From NCBI GenBank assembly GCA_947478005.1, contig CANJVG010000005.1, forward strand, positions 1,597-65,596: DNA of 64,000 nucleotides. The letters are read 5' to 3'. Both the position numbers and the translations under genes were made by a program. Below the pieces are notes generated by a model. It was not told where the DNA came from. It did no database searches and saw only the letters and a program-made list of their open reading frames with translations. This DNA is from Bacteroidota bacterium. Its GTDB lineage: Bacteria; Bacteroidota; Bacteroidia; Chitinophagales; LD1. Shown in pieces: positions 44,420 to 56,000 of the stretch (position 1 is the stretch's first letter; each line of letters starts with the position of its first letter).

Positions 44420-46702
44420 TTACCGAATAGGGAAGTTGTTATACATGAAAGTAGTGTCGTTTCGTCTGTCTGAAATAATGGTTTCGTTTTTTGCCCGAAT
44501 TAGGACTTCATCATAAGTTCCAAAATCTCCACTGCCAGCTATCAAGATTTTGTTGTTGCTGTTTTCCAGAGTAAAACTTACATCTACACGCATCCATTTT
44601 CCAAAAACATTGCAACCATATTTAGGCTCCAATTTAAATTTCGTAAGCTCATTTCCCTGTTGATCTACCTGTCCTACAAGGACATCACAGAACGCAGACC
44701 TTCGCTCATCGGCATATACCCATAGCGATATTTCATACGGTTCTTTATCCCGGGCGTTTGGTATTTTGTCAAAATAAATTCCACTTGGTTTGTTTTCTGT
44801 ATTTAATGCTCCTTTACCAAACTCTGCATAATTCAGAGTCTGATGTTCATACCTAAGCAAAACACTTCGAGTGATAGAATCAGAAGAAGTATAGTCAGCA
44901 TGATTATAATAATGGCGCTTGTTTTTGCTGTAATTCTTTTTGATGGAATCTTGCACATCATTAAAAGCAGTTAATGGGAGTTCGTAAAATTGTGCGTTGT
45001 TAGCCTCAAATAAATAGGTTGACCTGGCCAGAATTTTCTGTTCTTGCGGTTTTAATTCCTGACCATTATAAACCAATAGAAGTGGCTTTCTGTTTTTGTA
45101 AAGTTGTAGAATGTCTTTCTTCATCAGGTCATCTGAGATAAGGCGCGCCAGTTGAAAGGTCTGTTGTTCAGAAGTGCGCGATAGCATTCCAGTGGCAATT
45201 GGAAGTCCTATGCTAAAAGAAGTTTTCATGACATCATAAGCCACAGACGATTCAATCCCTATTCTTTCGGAACCGGTTACAAAAAAGGGCAATGGGAATA
45301 TAGCTTGAAAATCGGTTGTCTTTTTGCCTGCTCTGCTTAGCGCGGCTTTCAGATTTCCTTTATCTTCTTCCACATGTATCAGCTCCATATTTGCTTTAAT
45401 GAATTTGAAATACTTGGTAGAAACCATATTCACATCCACAAACCAGAGGACGTAAACGGACAGAATAAGTAGATAAGCAAGGGTTTTATTCTTTGAAAGA
45501 AGGGAAGTGAAAAAGCGATAAATAAAGATGGCTGAAAAAATAGTGGCGGTGTAATAGAATATCCAGTTGAATCTACCCGCAGCCCGAAACTGCTTAACCG
45601 AAAACGGTAATAGCTCATAGTATTTCTCAATAGGGTCTATGCTGAATGGAAACGCCATCGCAAACAACAAAACAACACCCGAAGCGGGTAATAAATAGCT
45701 GAACGGATAGAAGGGATTAAGGTAATTCTCTTTTTTACACCAACGCTTGACTACTACCACAAACAAAACTGCCAGAGCAATATCACAGACCAAGCCGATA
45801 TATCCCGTACCTTCAAAATGATAAACAATGGCGGCATGAGGAAAAAGCCTGCTAATTGTTTCACCGGTAAAAGAAGAAGGATGCAGAAATATATCGGCCA
45901 TGGTAGAGCGATTCATCACAAAGCCCCATGGATTCTGAGGGCGGTCGGTAATGGAATCAGTCAAATACATGAATAGTTTAAATGCCGAAAGCGGAACTAA
46001 AGCAGCGGAGGCTAGTAGAGTGGGAAATTGCCAATGGTCTTTGAGCTGTTTCACATGAACCAGAAAATGGAGACTTGCAATCAACAGTAAAAACAAACCG
46101 GCAATGGCCAAATAATAAACATGGATAAAGGTGAAGAAGGTCATCAGAAGAATAATCAGTATGTAGTACTTCATACCGCCATTGGTTTTGAATAAGCGAA
46201 CTGTGAGATAAAGTAACAATGGAACAAAGCACGGATAGCTGAGAGAAAAGTGGGTGTGCATCCTCTGAATTTGGGGAGAGAGCAGAGCAATGAGAGTGGC
46301 AAACAGAGGGGCATGAGGTTCGCTGATGGCAAACTCCTTCAAGATGAGATAGACGACAAACGCTGTCAGAAGAATACCTGCAAATATTGCCAATGCGATA
46401 AATGCGTGAATGTGATTTATAAAAGAAGGAAAAATATGAACGATCGGTTTCAGCAGCCAGGCTATGATCGGTTGATTATCTGTGAAAACTATATGCTCTC
46501 CGAAGGGGTAATTCATTCCCGTGAAATGCACACCATTGTCATACTGTAGGTAATAGGCCAACGTGTAATAGTTTTTGTAACCGTCACCCCACGGGCAGAA
46601 AGCTAGGTGGTCAGCTTGTAGGATAAATGGGGTATAGTAAACCAGCAACAGAATTGCGGTGAGCAGAACAGCAAGAAAACCGCCACTCCATCTTTTCATC
46701 AC
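44420..46702 (-). CDS. large polytopic membrane protein with a C-terminal soluble domain (function unknown; possibly a glycosylation partner of the adjacent GT2)
   Basis: 760 aa with about 12 hydrophobic helices in the N-terminal 430 aa. Its start is 1 nt from the smc stop. Confidence 0.6.
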   Translation of the reverse strand: MMKRWSGGFLAVLLTAILLLVYYTPFILQADHLAFCPWGDGYKNYYTLAYYLQYDNGVHFTGMNYPFGEHIVFTDNQPIIAWLLKPIVHIFPSFINHIHAFIALAIFAGILLTAFVVYLILKEFAISEPHAPLFATLIALLSPQIQRMHTHFSLSYPCFVPLLLYLTVRLFKTNGGMKYYILIILLMTFFTFIHVYYLAIAGLFLLLIASLHFLVHVKQLKDHWQFPTLLASAALVPLSAFKLFMYLTDSITDRPQNPWGFVMNRSTMADIFLHPSSFTGETISRLFPHAAIVYHFEGTGYIGLVCDIALAVLFVVVVKRWCKKENYLNPFYPFSYLLPASGVVLLFAMAFPFSIDPIEKYYELLPFSVKQFRAAGRFNWIFYYTATIFSAIFIYRFFTSLLSKNKTLAYLLILSVYVLWFVDVNMVSTKYFKFIKANMELIHVEEDKGNLKAALSRAGKKTTDFQAIFPLPFFVTGSERIGIESSVAYDVMKTSFSIGLPIATGMLSRTSEQQTFQLARLISDDLMKKDILQLYKNRKPLLLVYNGQELKPQEQKILARSTYLFEANNAQFYELPLTAFNDVQDSIKKNYSKNKRHYYNHADYTSSDSITRSVLLRYEHQTLNYAEFGKGALNTENKPSGIYFDKIPNARDKEPYEISLWVYADERRSAFCDVLVGQVDQQGNELTKFKLEPKYGCNVFGKWMRVDVSFTLENSNNKILIAGSGDFGTYDEVLIRAKNETIISDRRNDTTFMYNNFPIR

Positions 46703-46703
46703 A

Positions 46704-49700
46704 CTAGTTCAAACTTCTGAAGTCCACAGGAACAACTCTCGATACGCCCTGTTCTGCCATTGTAACACCGTAGATAGCTTCTACTGACGTCATGGTCATT
46801 TTGTTGTGAGTAACGATAATGAACTGAGAGTCTTTTGAAAACTCGCTGATTATTTTGTTGAACTTGCCGATGTTGGCATCATCCAATGGAGCGTCCACCT
46901 CATCGAAAATACAAAATGGAGCGGGCTTCAAAAGGTAAAGCGAGAACAACAAGGCTGTTGCGGTCAATGTTTTTTCTCCCCCTGAAAGTTGGTCTATTAC
47001 CGTAGGTCTCTTCCCTTTTGGTTTGGCGATGATTTCAATCTTAGATTCTAACGGGTCATCCGGGTTTACGAGGAATAAATCACACTGGTCGTCTTCGCTG
47101 AAGAGGGTGTGAAATACTTTTATAAAGCTTTCTCTGATTTTGGTAAAGGCCTCGGTGAATTGAGTCTTGGCAGTGTCTTCAATTTCTTTGATGGTTTCCA
47201 TCAACGAGTTCTTGGCATTTTCTAAATCTGTTTTCTGCACAATGATGAAGTCATAGCGCTTCTTCATTTCTTCAAAAGCTTCGAGAGCCATTGGATTAAT
47301 TTCACCGAAGTTCTCTACGCGTTTCTTTACCTTCTCTACTTCTATTTTTACTTCTTCGAGTGGTTGCACCATTTCGAATTCTTCGTTCAGAATATCGTTG
47401 ATGTTGATATCGAATTCAACGCTTAAGCGCTCCTTCATGGACGTGAGCGACAGTTTCAATTCGTTGAATTTCTCGTTAATGGTGTTTAGTAAGTTGACTA
47501 CGTTGTCGCGGCTACGCGTAAACTCTCTTGACTTTGTATCTAGCTCATTGATGCTGGCGCGTGAGTCGTAATATTTCTTTTCGGCTTCTTCTACTTCAAT
47601 GGTGTAGCTTTCTTTATCTGCATAGTTCGATAGGAGAGTAGCCTCAATCTCTTTGGCTTTCTTCTGGCTTTCCTCTACCTGCATTTTGCTTTCCAATATC
47701 ACCTCGTTATTGCGGGTGAGTTGGCTCATCAAGGTTTCAATCTGACTTTTCTTAAAACCTAATTCCTGTGTAATCGAATTGACCCGGTTTTGCTGTTGAT
47801 GAAACTCAATGTTCTTCTGATTGTATCGAGAGGAAGCCTCGCTTAGTTTGTTGGTGAGTTCTACAAACTCTTTATCGGTTTTCTCAAGTATTGCTTTGGC
47901 AGAACCTTGTGTATCGCGCAATATCGTAAGCTCGGTATTAATGCTCTCTACTTCTGTTTTCAACTTCTCCAATCGACCTGTAATGTCTTTGCTCTTTGCA
48001 TCGGCACCTTCGAGGAACTTCACTAAACTTTGAATGCTCGCCTGCGAACCCGAAAACTTCGAGCTGAGTTGATTCAGCAAATTTCGTTGTGCATCTATTT
48101 CTCTTGCAACGGTCGATGCCTTTAGCTGATTGATTTTTACCTGTGCGTTCGAAACCTGCTGATGCAGTTTGTAAGTAGAAAGTTCGAGCACTTTTATCTC
48201 CTCCTGCAACTTCTCCAGGTTCTTGGCGCGGCCAATCTTCTTTCCTTCAAACAAACCAACCGCTCCACCGCTCAAAGCAAAATCCTTGCGCACATACTTG
48301 CCACTCTTGGAAAGGATAACCACCTTTCTTCCCTGCGTATCGAGTTGTGCAATGTTGAACGAGGCCGAATCATCGATCATGTAAACGCGGTCGAGGAGGT
48401 AGCCACCAAGCTTTTTATACTGCTCGTCTAACTCTACCAATGCATTTACTGATTTCGCTCCGACAATATTCACCGGTGCATTCGGCTCATACTTTTCAAA
48501 CTCATCGAGAATGAAAAAGTTGGCGCGACCCATCGATGAATCGTTGAGCATGTTCACAGCCATGATGGCTTCCTGCATGTTCTGCACCACATAGTAGTTC
48601 AAATACGGTTCGAGATAATTCTCCACCGCCACCCGATATTCTTCGGCACAGTAAATAATATCGGAAAGGAGAGGAGCGTCTTTGCTCCACTTGGCATTCT
48701 TCTTCAAAAACTTAATCGACTCCGGAAAGCCTTCTAAGTTCTCCACCAAACTTTTGGTCAGGTCAAACTCATTCTTCTTGGCATCTAGTGTTCTTGTTTC
48801 CTGTGTAAGTTCCTGTCTGGTTTTCTCCACCGAAGATTCCAGTTCAACTATCTCGGCCTTCTTGGCTTCTTCTTCTTTTATCAGCGATTGCAGCTTTGCT
48901 TCTGCTGCTTCTTTATCGCTTTTCAATTGTTCAAAATCCCTTTGCAGTTGTTCTAACTCAGCGCGTTTCTTTTGGGTATCGTCTTCGCTGTTCAGCAAAT
49001 CGCGTTGCAGGGCTTCGTTGCTGCTGCGGTTTACGGCTAACTTTTTTTCCAGTTCAAATATCTGCCTTTCCTTTTCGCTAAAAAGTTTTTGTTCGCTGGT
49101 GAGGGTATCTTTGAGGCCCGTATGCTGAGCGCGAATTTCATTCAACTCATTTTCCAGCACGCTCAATTCATTCTTGCGCGCGTTTAAAATCGTGTTTTCG
49201 CTTTCGTGGTCAATCGTCAATTTATCAATGGATAGTTTCAATTTCTCCACCTGGTCGTTGGCTTCCACTATCTGTTTGCCCGCTATATCGCTCTTGTCGA
49301 GTGAGTATTTTATCTGCGAGTTCAGGAGGTTCCGTTCGTTTTCTTTTTCGCTCAATCCGCTAACGGTTGTGTTCAACTTCTTCTGCACTTCAAACAAGGC
49401 CTGCTCTTTTTCAACGTTGGCCAGTTTCTCTTTTTCCAGCGTAGCATCCACCTGCGACACCGAAGTTTCCAACTCCAGTTTGTTGTCTTCTTCTCTGCGT
49501 TTCGATTCTTCCAACTGCTTGAAATCTTCCTTGTACGATTGCAGATTATACTTCGCCAACAACAAACTCAGCTCTTTGTATTCTGCCTTCAGCTCGTAGT
49601 AACGCTTCGTTTTTTTAGCCTGTGCCTCGAGGGTCTTCAGGTTGCCTTCAATTTCAAACAACAAATCCTTTACGCGGTCTAAATCGGCATCGGTGCCTTT

Positions 49701-50243
49701 CAGTTTGTCCACGGTTTCCTTCTTGCGCTTCTTGTATTTGGCTACACCTGCTGCCTGCTCAAATAGTTTACGTCTCGAATTGTCGCGGTCGTTCAGGATT
49801 TCGTCCATCATCCCTAACTCGATAATGGCGTAGCTGTCGCTGCTGATACCGGTGTCCATGAAGAGCGTGGTGATGTCTTTCAAGCGGCAAGGCACATCAT
49901 TCAGGCGGTATTCGCTTTCGCCATCGCGGAACAATCTGCGCGTGATGGTGATGGTTTTATAATCGCTCGAAATAATGTTCTTGGTGTTTTCAAACGTAAG
50001 CGACACTTCGGCCATGCCCGCAGCCTTGCGGTTCTTGGTGCCGTTGAAGATGAGGTTCTCCATTTTCTCCAAACGCAGGTGTGATGTCTTCTGCTCGCCC
50101 AGCACCCAACGAATGCTATCTACCACATTCGATTTGCCGCAGCCGTTTGGCCCCACCACTCCCGTAATTTTGTTATTGAAGTGGATGGTGGTCTTCTCGG
50201 CAAAACTCTTGAAACCCTTAATTTCTAATGTTGTTAACTGCAT
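46704..50243 (-). CDS. smc: chromosome segregation protein SMC
   Basis: N-terminal Walker A GPNGCGKSN, long coiled coils, a hinge, and the C-terminal LSGGEKTLTATALLFSL plus Walker B CIFDEVDAPLD. Confidence 0.95.
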   Translation of the reverse strand: MQLTTLEIKGFKSFAEKTTIHFNNKITGVVGPNGCGKSNVVDSIRWVLGEQKTSHLRLEKMENLIFNGTKNRKAAGMAEVSLTFENTKNIISSDYKTITITRRLFRDGESEYRLNDVPCRLKDITTLFMDTGISSDSYAIIELGMMDEILNDRDNSRRKLFEQAAGVAKYKKRKKETVDKLKGTDADLDRVKDLLFEIEGNLKTLEAQAKKTKRYYELKAEYKELSLLLAKYNLQSYKEDFKQLEESKRREEDNKLELETSVSQVDATLEKEKLANVEKEQALFEVQKKLNTTVSGLSEKENERNLLNSQIKYSLDKSDIAGKQIVEANDQVEKLKLSIDKLTIDHESENTILNARKNELSVLENELNEIRAQHTGLKDTLTSEQKLFSEKERQIFELEKKLAVNRSSNEALQRDLLNSEDDTQKKRAELEQLQRDFEQLKSDKEAAEAKLQSLIKEEEAKKAEIVELESSVEKTRQELTQETRTLDAKKNEFDLTKSLVENLEGFPESIKFLKKNAKWSKDAPLLSDIIYCAEEYRVAVENYLEPYLNYYVVQNMQEAIMAVNMLNDSSMGRANFFILDEFEKYEPNAPVNIVGAKSVNALVELDEQYKKLGGYLLDRVYMIDDSASFNIAQLDTQGRKVVILSKSGKYVRKDFALSGGAVGLFEGKKIGRAKNLEKLQEEIKVLELSTYKLHQQVSNAQVKINQLKASTVAREIDAQRNLLNQLSSKFSGSQASIQSLVKFLEGADAKSKDITGRLEKLKTEVESINTELTILRDTQGSAKAILEKTDKEFVELTNKLSEASSRYNQKNIEFHQQQNRVNSITQELGFKKSQIETLMSQLTRNNEVILESKMQVEESQKKAKEIEATLLSNYADKESYTIEVEEAEKKYYDSRASINELDTKSREFTRSRDNVVNLLNTINEKFNELKLSLTSMKERLSVEFDININDILNEEFEMVQPLEEVKIEVEKVKKRVENFGEINPMALEAFEEMKKRYDFIIVQKTDLENAKNSLMETIKEIEDTAKTQFTEAFTKIRESFIKVFHTLFSEDDQCDLFLVNPDDPLESKIEIIAKPKGKRPTVIDQLSGGEKTLTATALLFSLYLLKPAPFCIFDEVDAPLDDANIGKFNKIISEFSKDSQFIIVTHNKMTMTSVEAIYGVTMAEQGVSRVVPVDFRSLN

Positions 50244-50532
50244 AATGTGTCGCCCTTTGAAACTCTATAAAAGGGGGACGAAAATAGAAAAACGAATGAG
50301 GCTTCAAAACCGTAATATTGCCGCGTTTTGCAGGAAGAAGTTAGAGGAAGGGGAATTGGCAGATTCGGCTTCCAAAAGGGAGAGAAACCAGCTCCTAGCA
50401 ATGTATTAGACTTCTTCAGCTATTTCTAAGGCGGGCTTTGGCCCCTAGAAGTATTTTCTGAAGAAATCTAATACCTTATTTCGTGTGCTTAAAATCTTCA
50501 ATTTTCGACCAATTTAACTAAAAAAAATCTCT

Positions 50533-50660
50533 GGATGGTCGACATTTATAGCTGGGTAGTCAACCTTTGGGGCTGTGGGATGGACCTTTAGAGCTGTGTA
50601 ATCAACCTTTTGAGCTGCGGCATCGCACTTTGGAGCTGGGTGGTCAACCTTTGGATGTCC
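50533..50660. repeat. six tandem ~21-bp units (consensus nnnTCAACCTTTGGAGCTGnG)
   Basis: Units at 50533, 50555, 50577, 50598, 50619 and 50639. Intergenic, upstream of smc. Confidence 0.75.
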
Positions 50661-50726
50661 GGCAAATGGATCGGATTGTTTTGCAAAGAGGGGATGAGAT
50701 TCGCAGAATGGTAATAGCTTTGATAT

Positions 50727-50927
50727 TTACTTCTCTTCCAGCTTCTTCAAGCGCTTCTCTATAGCAAAGAGAAACGCGAAGATGCAAAGCAAAATAATCG
50801 TGAGCACACCTACGGGTACAAATATTTTCAGATTGCTTTTAAAAAGTTCATTCGCTCCCGTTTCGCCCTGGGCAAACAACGAGGCATAAGTAAACACCGA
50901 AAGCAAAATCGTGATTATTCTTTTCAT
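50727..50927 (-). CDS. CcmD-family small membrane protein
   Basis: Start reassigned to MKRIITILLSVFTY. There is one TM helix near the C-terminus (VLTIILLCIFAFLFAI). It overlaps the upstream cytochrome c biogenesis gene stop by 4 nt. Confidence 0.6.
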   Translation of the reverse strand: MKRIITILLSVFTYASLFAQGETGANELFKSNLKIFVPVGVLTIILLCIFAFLFAIEKRLKKLEEK

Positions 50928-52015
50928 GATTTCTTTTTTAGAGCAATAAATTGAAGGCGCATAAGCACTGATAGAATCCAAAACCCTAGTAATATCCAAC
51001 CAATAACTGCGGGATAGAAAAATAAACGGAGGGTACTGTCCAAATCATATTTGCTGAAAGCCGGATTGCCTCCGTTGCCGGGGTGCATAGAATCGGTGAG
51101 CCTTGGCAGTACAAACACACAGAGGATAAAAATGACGAAGGCAAAAATATTATACACAGCAGAAATCTTTCTTCGTTGTTGCATATCCTCCATTGAGTTG
51201 CGAAGCACTAAGTAGGCTATATAAAAGAACATTGCTATTAAAGCGGCCGCCATCTTAATATCTTCTAACAGCAATTTGCGGATAACATCGCTCCATGAAA
51301 CCCCGATATACCAGGTATATTTTGCCCACAACAATCCTGTAAGATAACCACAGGTGCCAAAAAGCAGGGCAACCGCCACACTTTGCTCCGCCAGCAAATC
51401 CTGTTTCCAATCTCCGTTTATCAAGTAGCGAATGCTGCCGATAAAGGAAGCAAACACCAACATCGTCATCACAAACCACATAGGCACATGGAAGAAAGTG
51501 TTGCGGATAGTTTCATACAATATTTCGCGGTAAGGAAAACAAATCAGCTGATGATGATTGCTCTTTACCTCGGGTTCGGTTTCTGTGGCCATTGAGGTAA
51601 ATGAAGAATCAACCATAGCCGATTTAACCAATGTTACCGCATCACGCAGCGCAAATGTTCCATCCAAATCATCATTTACGACCACATCTAAATTAGAAGG
51701 GTTGAATTTATCCTGTTGAGCAGATGCCAGCGCAAATTGGGCCACCAATTCGTTATCATTAACCACCTGCATGGAAACAGCCGAATAGTATTTCGTGCGG
51801 TTCTTGAACCACAGTTGTATTTTTCCGGCCTTTGGTGAAGTGAAATGCGAATGGCAGGTGCGAATATGAAAGGTATAAACCGAATCGGGATAGAAGGAAA
51901 GCGGTAAAACCTGTGTGACACCTGGCCCTAGAGGAACAAAAAAACTACCCGCTATAACATAAGTAAGAAGCACTACCGACAACCACTTCCACCAGGTACT
52001 GTAAAGCCACTTCAT
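50924..52015 (-). CDS. cytochrome c biogenesis protein, CcsA/CcmC heme-handling family with an N-terminal extension
   Basis: Trp-rich motif LLWAKYTWYIGVSWSD, multiple TM helices and conserved His residues. Confidence 0.7.
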   Translation of the reverse strand: MKWLYSTWWKWLSVVLLTYVIAGSFFVPLGPGVTQVLPLSFYPDSVYTFHIRTCHSHFTSPKAGKIQLWFKNRTKYYSAVSMQVVNDNELVAQFALASAQQDKFNPSNLDVVVNDDLDGTFALRDAVTLVKSAMVDSSFTSMATETEPEVKSNHHQLICFPYREILYETIRNTFFHVPMWFVMTMLVFASFIGSIRYLINGDWKQDLLAEQSVAVALLFGTCGYLTGLLWAKYTWYIGVSWSDVIRKLLLEDIKMAAALIAMFFYIAYLVLRNSMEDMQQRRKISAVYNIFAFVIFILCVFVLPRLTDSMHPGNGGNPAFSKYDLDSTLRLFFYPAVIGWILLGFWILSVLMRLQFIALKKKS

Positions 52016-52221
52016 TCTTATCTATCGGGGGTTTATGTTTTTATGAGGCGCAAACCTACATGAATTTGGCAATAGATAAAATGTAAACTGCTAAAATGCT
52101 GTGAATAAACGATGAGATTACTCAATATGCGAAACTGGATTATTTAATTAGGAATTACAAAGTGTAAACGGGTTCATGATTTATGGTTTTTCTTTTATAA
52201 TTGCCGAATCTGTTAGAGCAC

Positions 52222-52884
52222 ATGATTACCTGGCACCACACTTTTAGAGCTAATTGGAGAGAAGCATTGTCTGAGAAATATTTCGGGCTTAAGTATGCAG
52301 TGAACCTATCCGTTCTCTTTTCGTTGTACATGTTGATTGTCCAGTTTTTGGTTTGGAACCGATTTCGCTCCGGAGTAATTCTTCAAGACCCTGTTCAACA
52401 ATTGTTTACGCCAAGAGATTTTTCGTTTTGGGTTTTTGCTTTTACCTATTTCTGTGTTATATCCTTCGTAATTTACATAGCGGCTCGCCCTCGCGATTTC
52501 TATCACGCCTCCCGAGCGTTTACTTTTGTGTTTGTGTTGAGGGCTGTTTTTATTTATACCATCCCTCTACTGCCTCCTACAGATACAATTCCGTTGCACG
52601 ACCCTTTTCTTGTTTTTTTGGTGGGAGAGAAAAAGGACATATTAAACGACCTTTTCTATTCCGGACATATAACAGACTTATCAATCTTCATTTTTTGCTG
52701 TCAGGTAAAGCCACTTAAATACTTTTACATAGCTGCAGCGCTGATTGTTGCGGTTATGTTGGTTTGGCAACATGTCCATTACACAGCCGATGTGCTGGCA
52801 GCCCCCTTTTTTGCTTATGTATTCTATGCTTTGTTGGCCAAAAATCAAATAGACAGGCCGCAGGAATTTAAACCCGCCCAATAG
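52222..52884 (+). CDS. PAP2_C / sphingomyelin-synthase-like membrane phosphotransferase
   Basis: Polytopic membrane protein carrying YSGHITD and HYTADVLAAPFFAY. These match the SMS-family D3/D4 motifs (S-G-H-T and H-Y-T-x-D-V). The track starts at the TTG at 52201. Confidence 0.6.
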   Translation: MITWHHTFRANWREALSEKYFGLKYAVNLSVLFSLYMLIVQFLVWNRFRSGVILQDPVQQLFTPRDFSFWVFAFTYFCVISFVIYIAARPRDFYHASRAFTFVFVLRAVFIYTIPLLPPTDTIPLHDPFLVFLVGEKKDILNDLFYSGHITDLSIFIFCCQVKPLKYFYIAAALIVAVMLVWQHVHYTADVLAAPFFAYVFYALLAKNQIDRPQEFKPAQ

Positions 52885-53096
52885 CCAATCTGCTTCGTTT
52901 TTACTTTATAGAATGGAAATTATACAAGCCAGCACTTGTATCAACTACTATTTACTATTTAAATGAACATTACTACGTTGAAACATTTAATTCACTTTTA
53001 TAGTTTAATTAAAAAGGAATTGACGAGAATTGTAAAAGAAATGGATGTTGCACATTAAGTACAGCAGACATTGTTAGACCCAATGAACCAACACCA

Positions 53097-56000
53097 GTGA
53101 AAGGAAAAGTTACAGCAGTCTTTCTTTTATTTGCTATATTAAGTTTCAGACTGTCTGCGCAGGTACAAAGTCATATTACCGCGTCAGTTGTTTACGGCTG
53201 TCCTCCTCTCGTGGTTACCTTTCAGGACGCATCTACAGGGAATCCCACCAGTTACTTTTGGGATTTTGGCGGCAGTGGTACCTCGACCCTTCCGGTACCT
53301 ACAGCTACCTTTGCCAATTCCGGAATATTTAATGTAATTCACATTGTTTCTGATGGAGCTACCAGCGATACTTCCTACGTGCAGATAAAAGTATTTGTGA
53401 TGCCTACAGTAAACTTTTCGGCACCTGATAGGCACGGGTGTATTTTCCCTTGCCACACGGTAAATTTTACCAATCAAACCATCCCTGGTGAAAGCCCGGT
53501 GGTAGATTATGTATGGGATTTTGGGGATGGCACTTTGCCGGTTCATGGTTTCAACACGCAACACTGCTACAATGCTATCGGAAGTTATGATGTAACTTTA
53601 GTAGCGCTGGACAGCAACACCTGTCAACCCAGTTTAATTCAATCGAATTATGTAGTCATAGGAAATCATCCTACATCAGGTATTTCGACCCCAGATACCG
53701 TTAGCTGCACATCACCTTTGATAACTCAATTTTCGGGAACAGGGAGTTCAACCAATGGCTCAGTAACCTATAGTTGGTATTTTGGTAATGGTTCTACCTC
53801 TGCTTTGCAAAATCCAATACAGGTATATCAGGATGGAATCTATGACCCTATCCTGATTGTGTCTGACACGCTTGGTTGTCAGGATACATCTTATGCACAC
53901 ATTTCAGTAACAGATGTAAAAGCGGGTTTTTCGTCATCTGTAACTAACGCCTGCAACGGAATTCCGGTACAGTTTACAGATACCTCTAATTTTGCCACTT
54001 CATGGGATTGGAATTTTGGCGATGGTTCGCCTCATTCCACTCAACAGAATCCTTCGCATATTTATAGCGCGAACGGCACTTATTCTGTTTCGCTGGTAGC
54101 GGTTTTCAATAGCTGTCCGTCCGATACTTTTGTGGCGCTTAACTATATCAACGTTACCACCCCGGCCACATTTACGCTTAGTGCCGATGACACTTCTAAT
54201 TGTTCGATGCCTTTTACAGTAAACTTTACCAGCAATGCGGCTGGTGGTTCTGCATATGACTGGGACTTTGGTGATGGCAGTAGTTCTACTTCTGCATCTC
54301 CCGTACATACCTACACTAATAACGGAACATATACTGTGACGTTGGACGTAGCGAATGCAAACGGTTGTGTGGCTTCGCAAGCACTGAGTAGCCATGTCTC
54401 AATTGGTGTGTTGAACGCAGGTTTTAAAACGGATTCATCTGGCGGCTGCACTCCGCTTTCTGTACAGTTTACTGATACTAGTTCTTCAAATGTGCCCATT
54501 ACCAGCTACAACTGGGATTTTGGTGATGGGTCCTTCTCGACCTTAAAAAATCCTTTGCATGTATACAATACATCGGGTATTTACCTGCCTACTTTGATAA
54601 TTCAAAATGCAGATGGTTGTACAGATACGATACAATTGGCGGATAGTATTAAAGTTGGTCAAAGCATATTACCTACGTTTATTGCCGCCCCTTTAGTACA
54701 GTGTGTGAATCAACTCGTTGCTTTTACAGACCTTACTCCAAATGTTCCTCCGGGCGCTATCTATACCTGGGAATTTGGTGATGGACAAATAAGCCATTTA
54801 GTCAATCCCGATCATTTTTATTCAGATACTGGTTACTATGATATTACTTTAAGTATTAAGAATCAGGGTTGCAGAGGAGATACAGTTAAGCTGAGATATG
54901 TTTTGATTGTGGTGCCGAAGGCCGATTTCTATTTCGACTTTGATTGCGCTAATCCTACCAATGTAGCTTTTCACGATACTTCGCAAGGAGCGCAAACATG
55001 GTTGTGGGAATTTGGCGATGGCACTACATCTACTTTGCAAAACCCTTCCCATTCTTATGCATCTCAAAATGTCTATACTGTAACCCTAATCGTAACCAAT
55101 AGTACTACGGGTTGTGTTGATTCCACCAATAAGGACCTACCCATAGGGACACCCGGTGCCGGATTTGGCAGCGATACTACGAACGGATGTTTTCCGCTTA
55201 CTATACATTTTGCCGATAGTTCTTCTTTTGCGACCACCTGGCTGTGGAAGTTTGGTGATGGAAGTTCTTCCAGCCTTCAAAATCCGATACATACATATAC
55301 CGATACCGGGCGATTTACAGTGAAGTTAATTGTGAATCCGGGTAAGCCGTGTTCCGACTCAACTGTCCGGCTGAATTATATTACTGCTTATGGTATAAAG
55401 GGATTTGCAAGTGCCACTCCTTTTTATGGCTGTATACCCATGAACGTGACCTTTAGAGACTCGAGTAAGTCTTTTTTGGGTACAATTAATTCATGGAAAT
55501 GGTCTTTTGGAACAGGTGATAGCAGCTTGGTTCAAAATCCGTCTTACATTTATACCACTGTCGGAAATTTTGGAGCTAAATTAGTAGTTACCGATAATCA
55601 TGGCTGCAAAGCTACTTTGGCTCGTCCTATTGGTACTATTGATGTGAATGCCATTTTTACTTCTGATACTGCTGTGTGCCCTGGTGAATCAGTGCAGTTC
55701 TCAAATCTTTCAACCAGCTCGAATATTTTTAACTGGGACTTTGGTGATGGAGTTACTTCTATATTGAATAAACCCGTTCATGCTTATGCTAACTCTGGGG
55801 TTTATACCATACGTTTAATTGCCCGTAATAGTAGTTATGGATGTCCCGATACTTTAGTGGCCCCAAACTTCATGGTGGTAGATACCCCAATTGCTGATTT
55901 TACGGTGGCTTCAAATTTCGCTCCATGTCCACCTTTCCCGGTGCAGTTTACAAACACGACCAATAGGTTTGATTTGCAATGGTTGTGGTACTTTGGCGAT

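Noticed and set aside
47821-49833. Multiple + strand ORFs (61-148 aa) antisense to smc
   Set aside because: They are Ser/Phe/Leu-rich antisense translations of the Glu/Lys-rich coiled-coil region, which are common artefacts.
50567-50764. 65-aa + ORF across the ~21-bp repeats upstream of smc
   Set aside because: It is a repeat-derived open frame with no motif.
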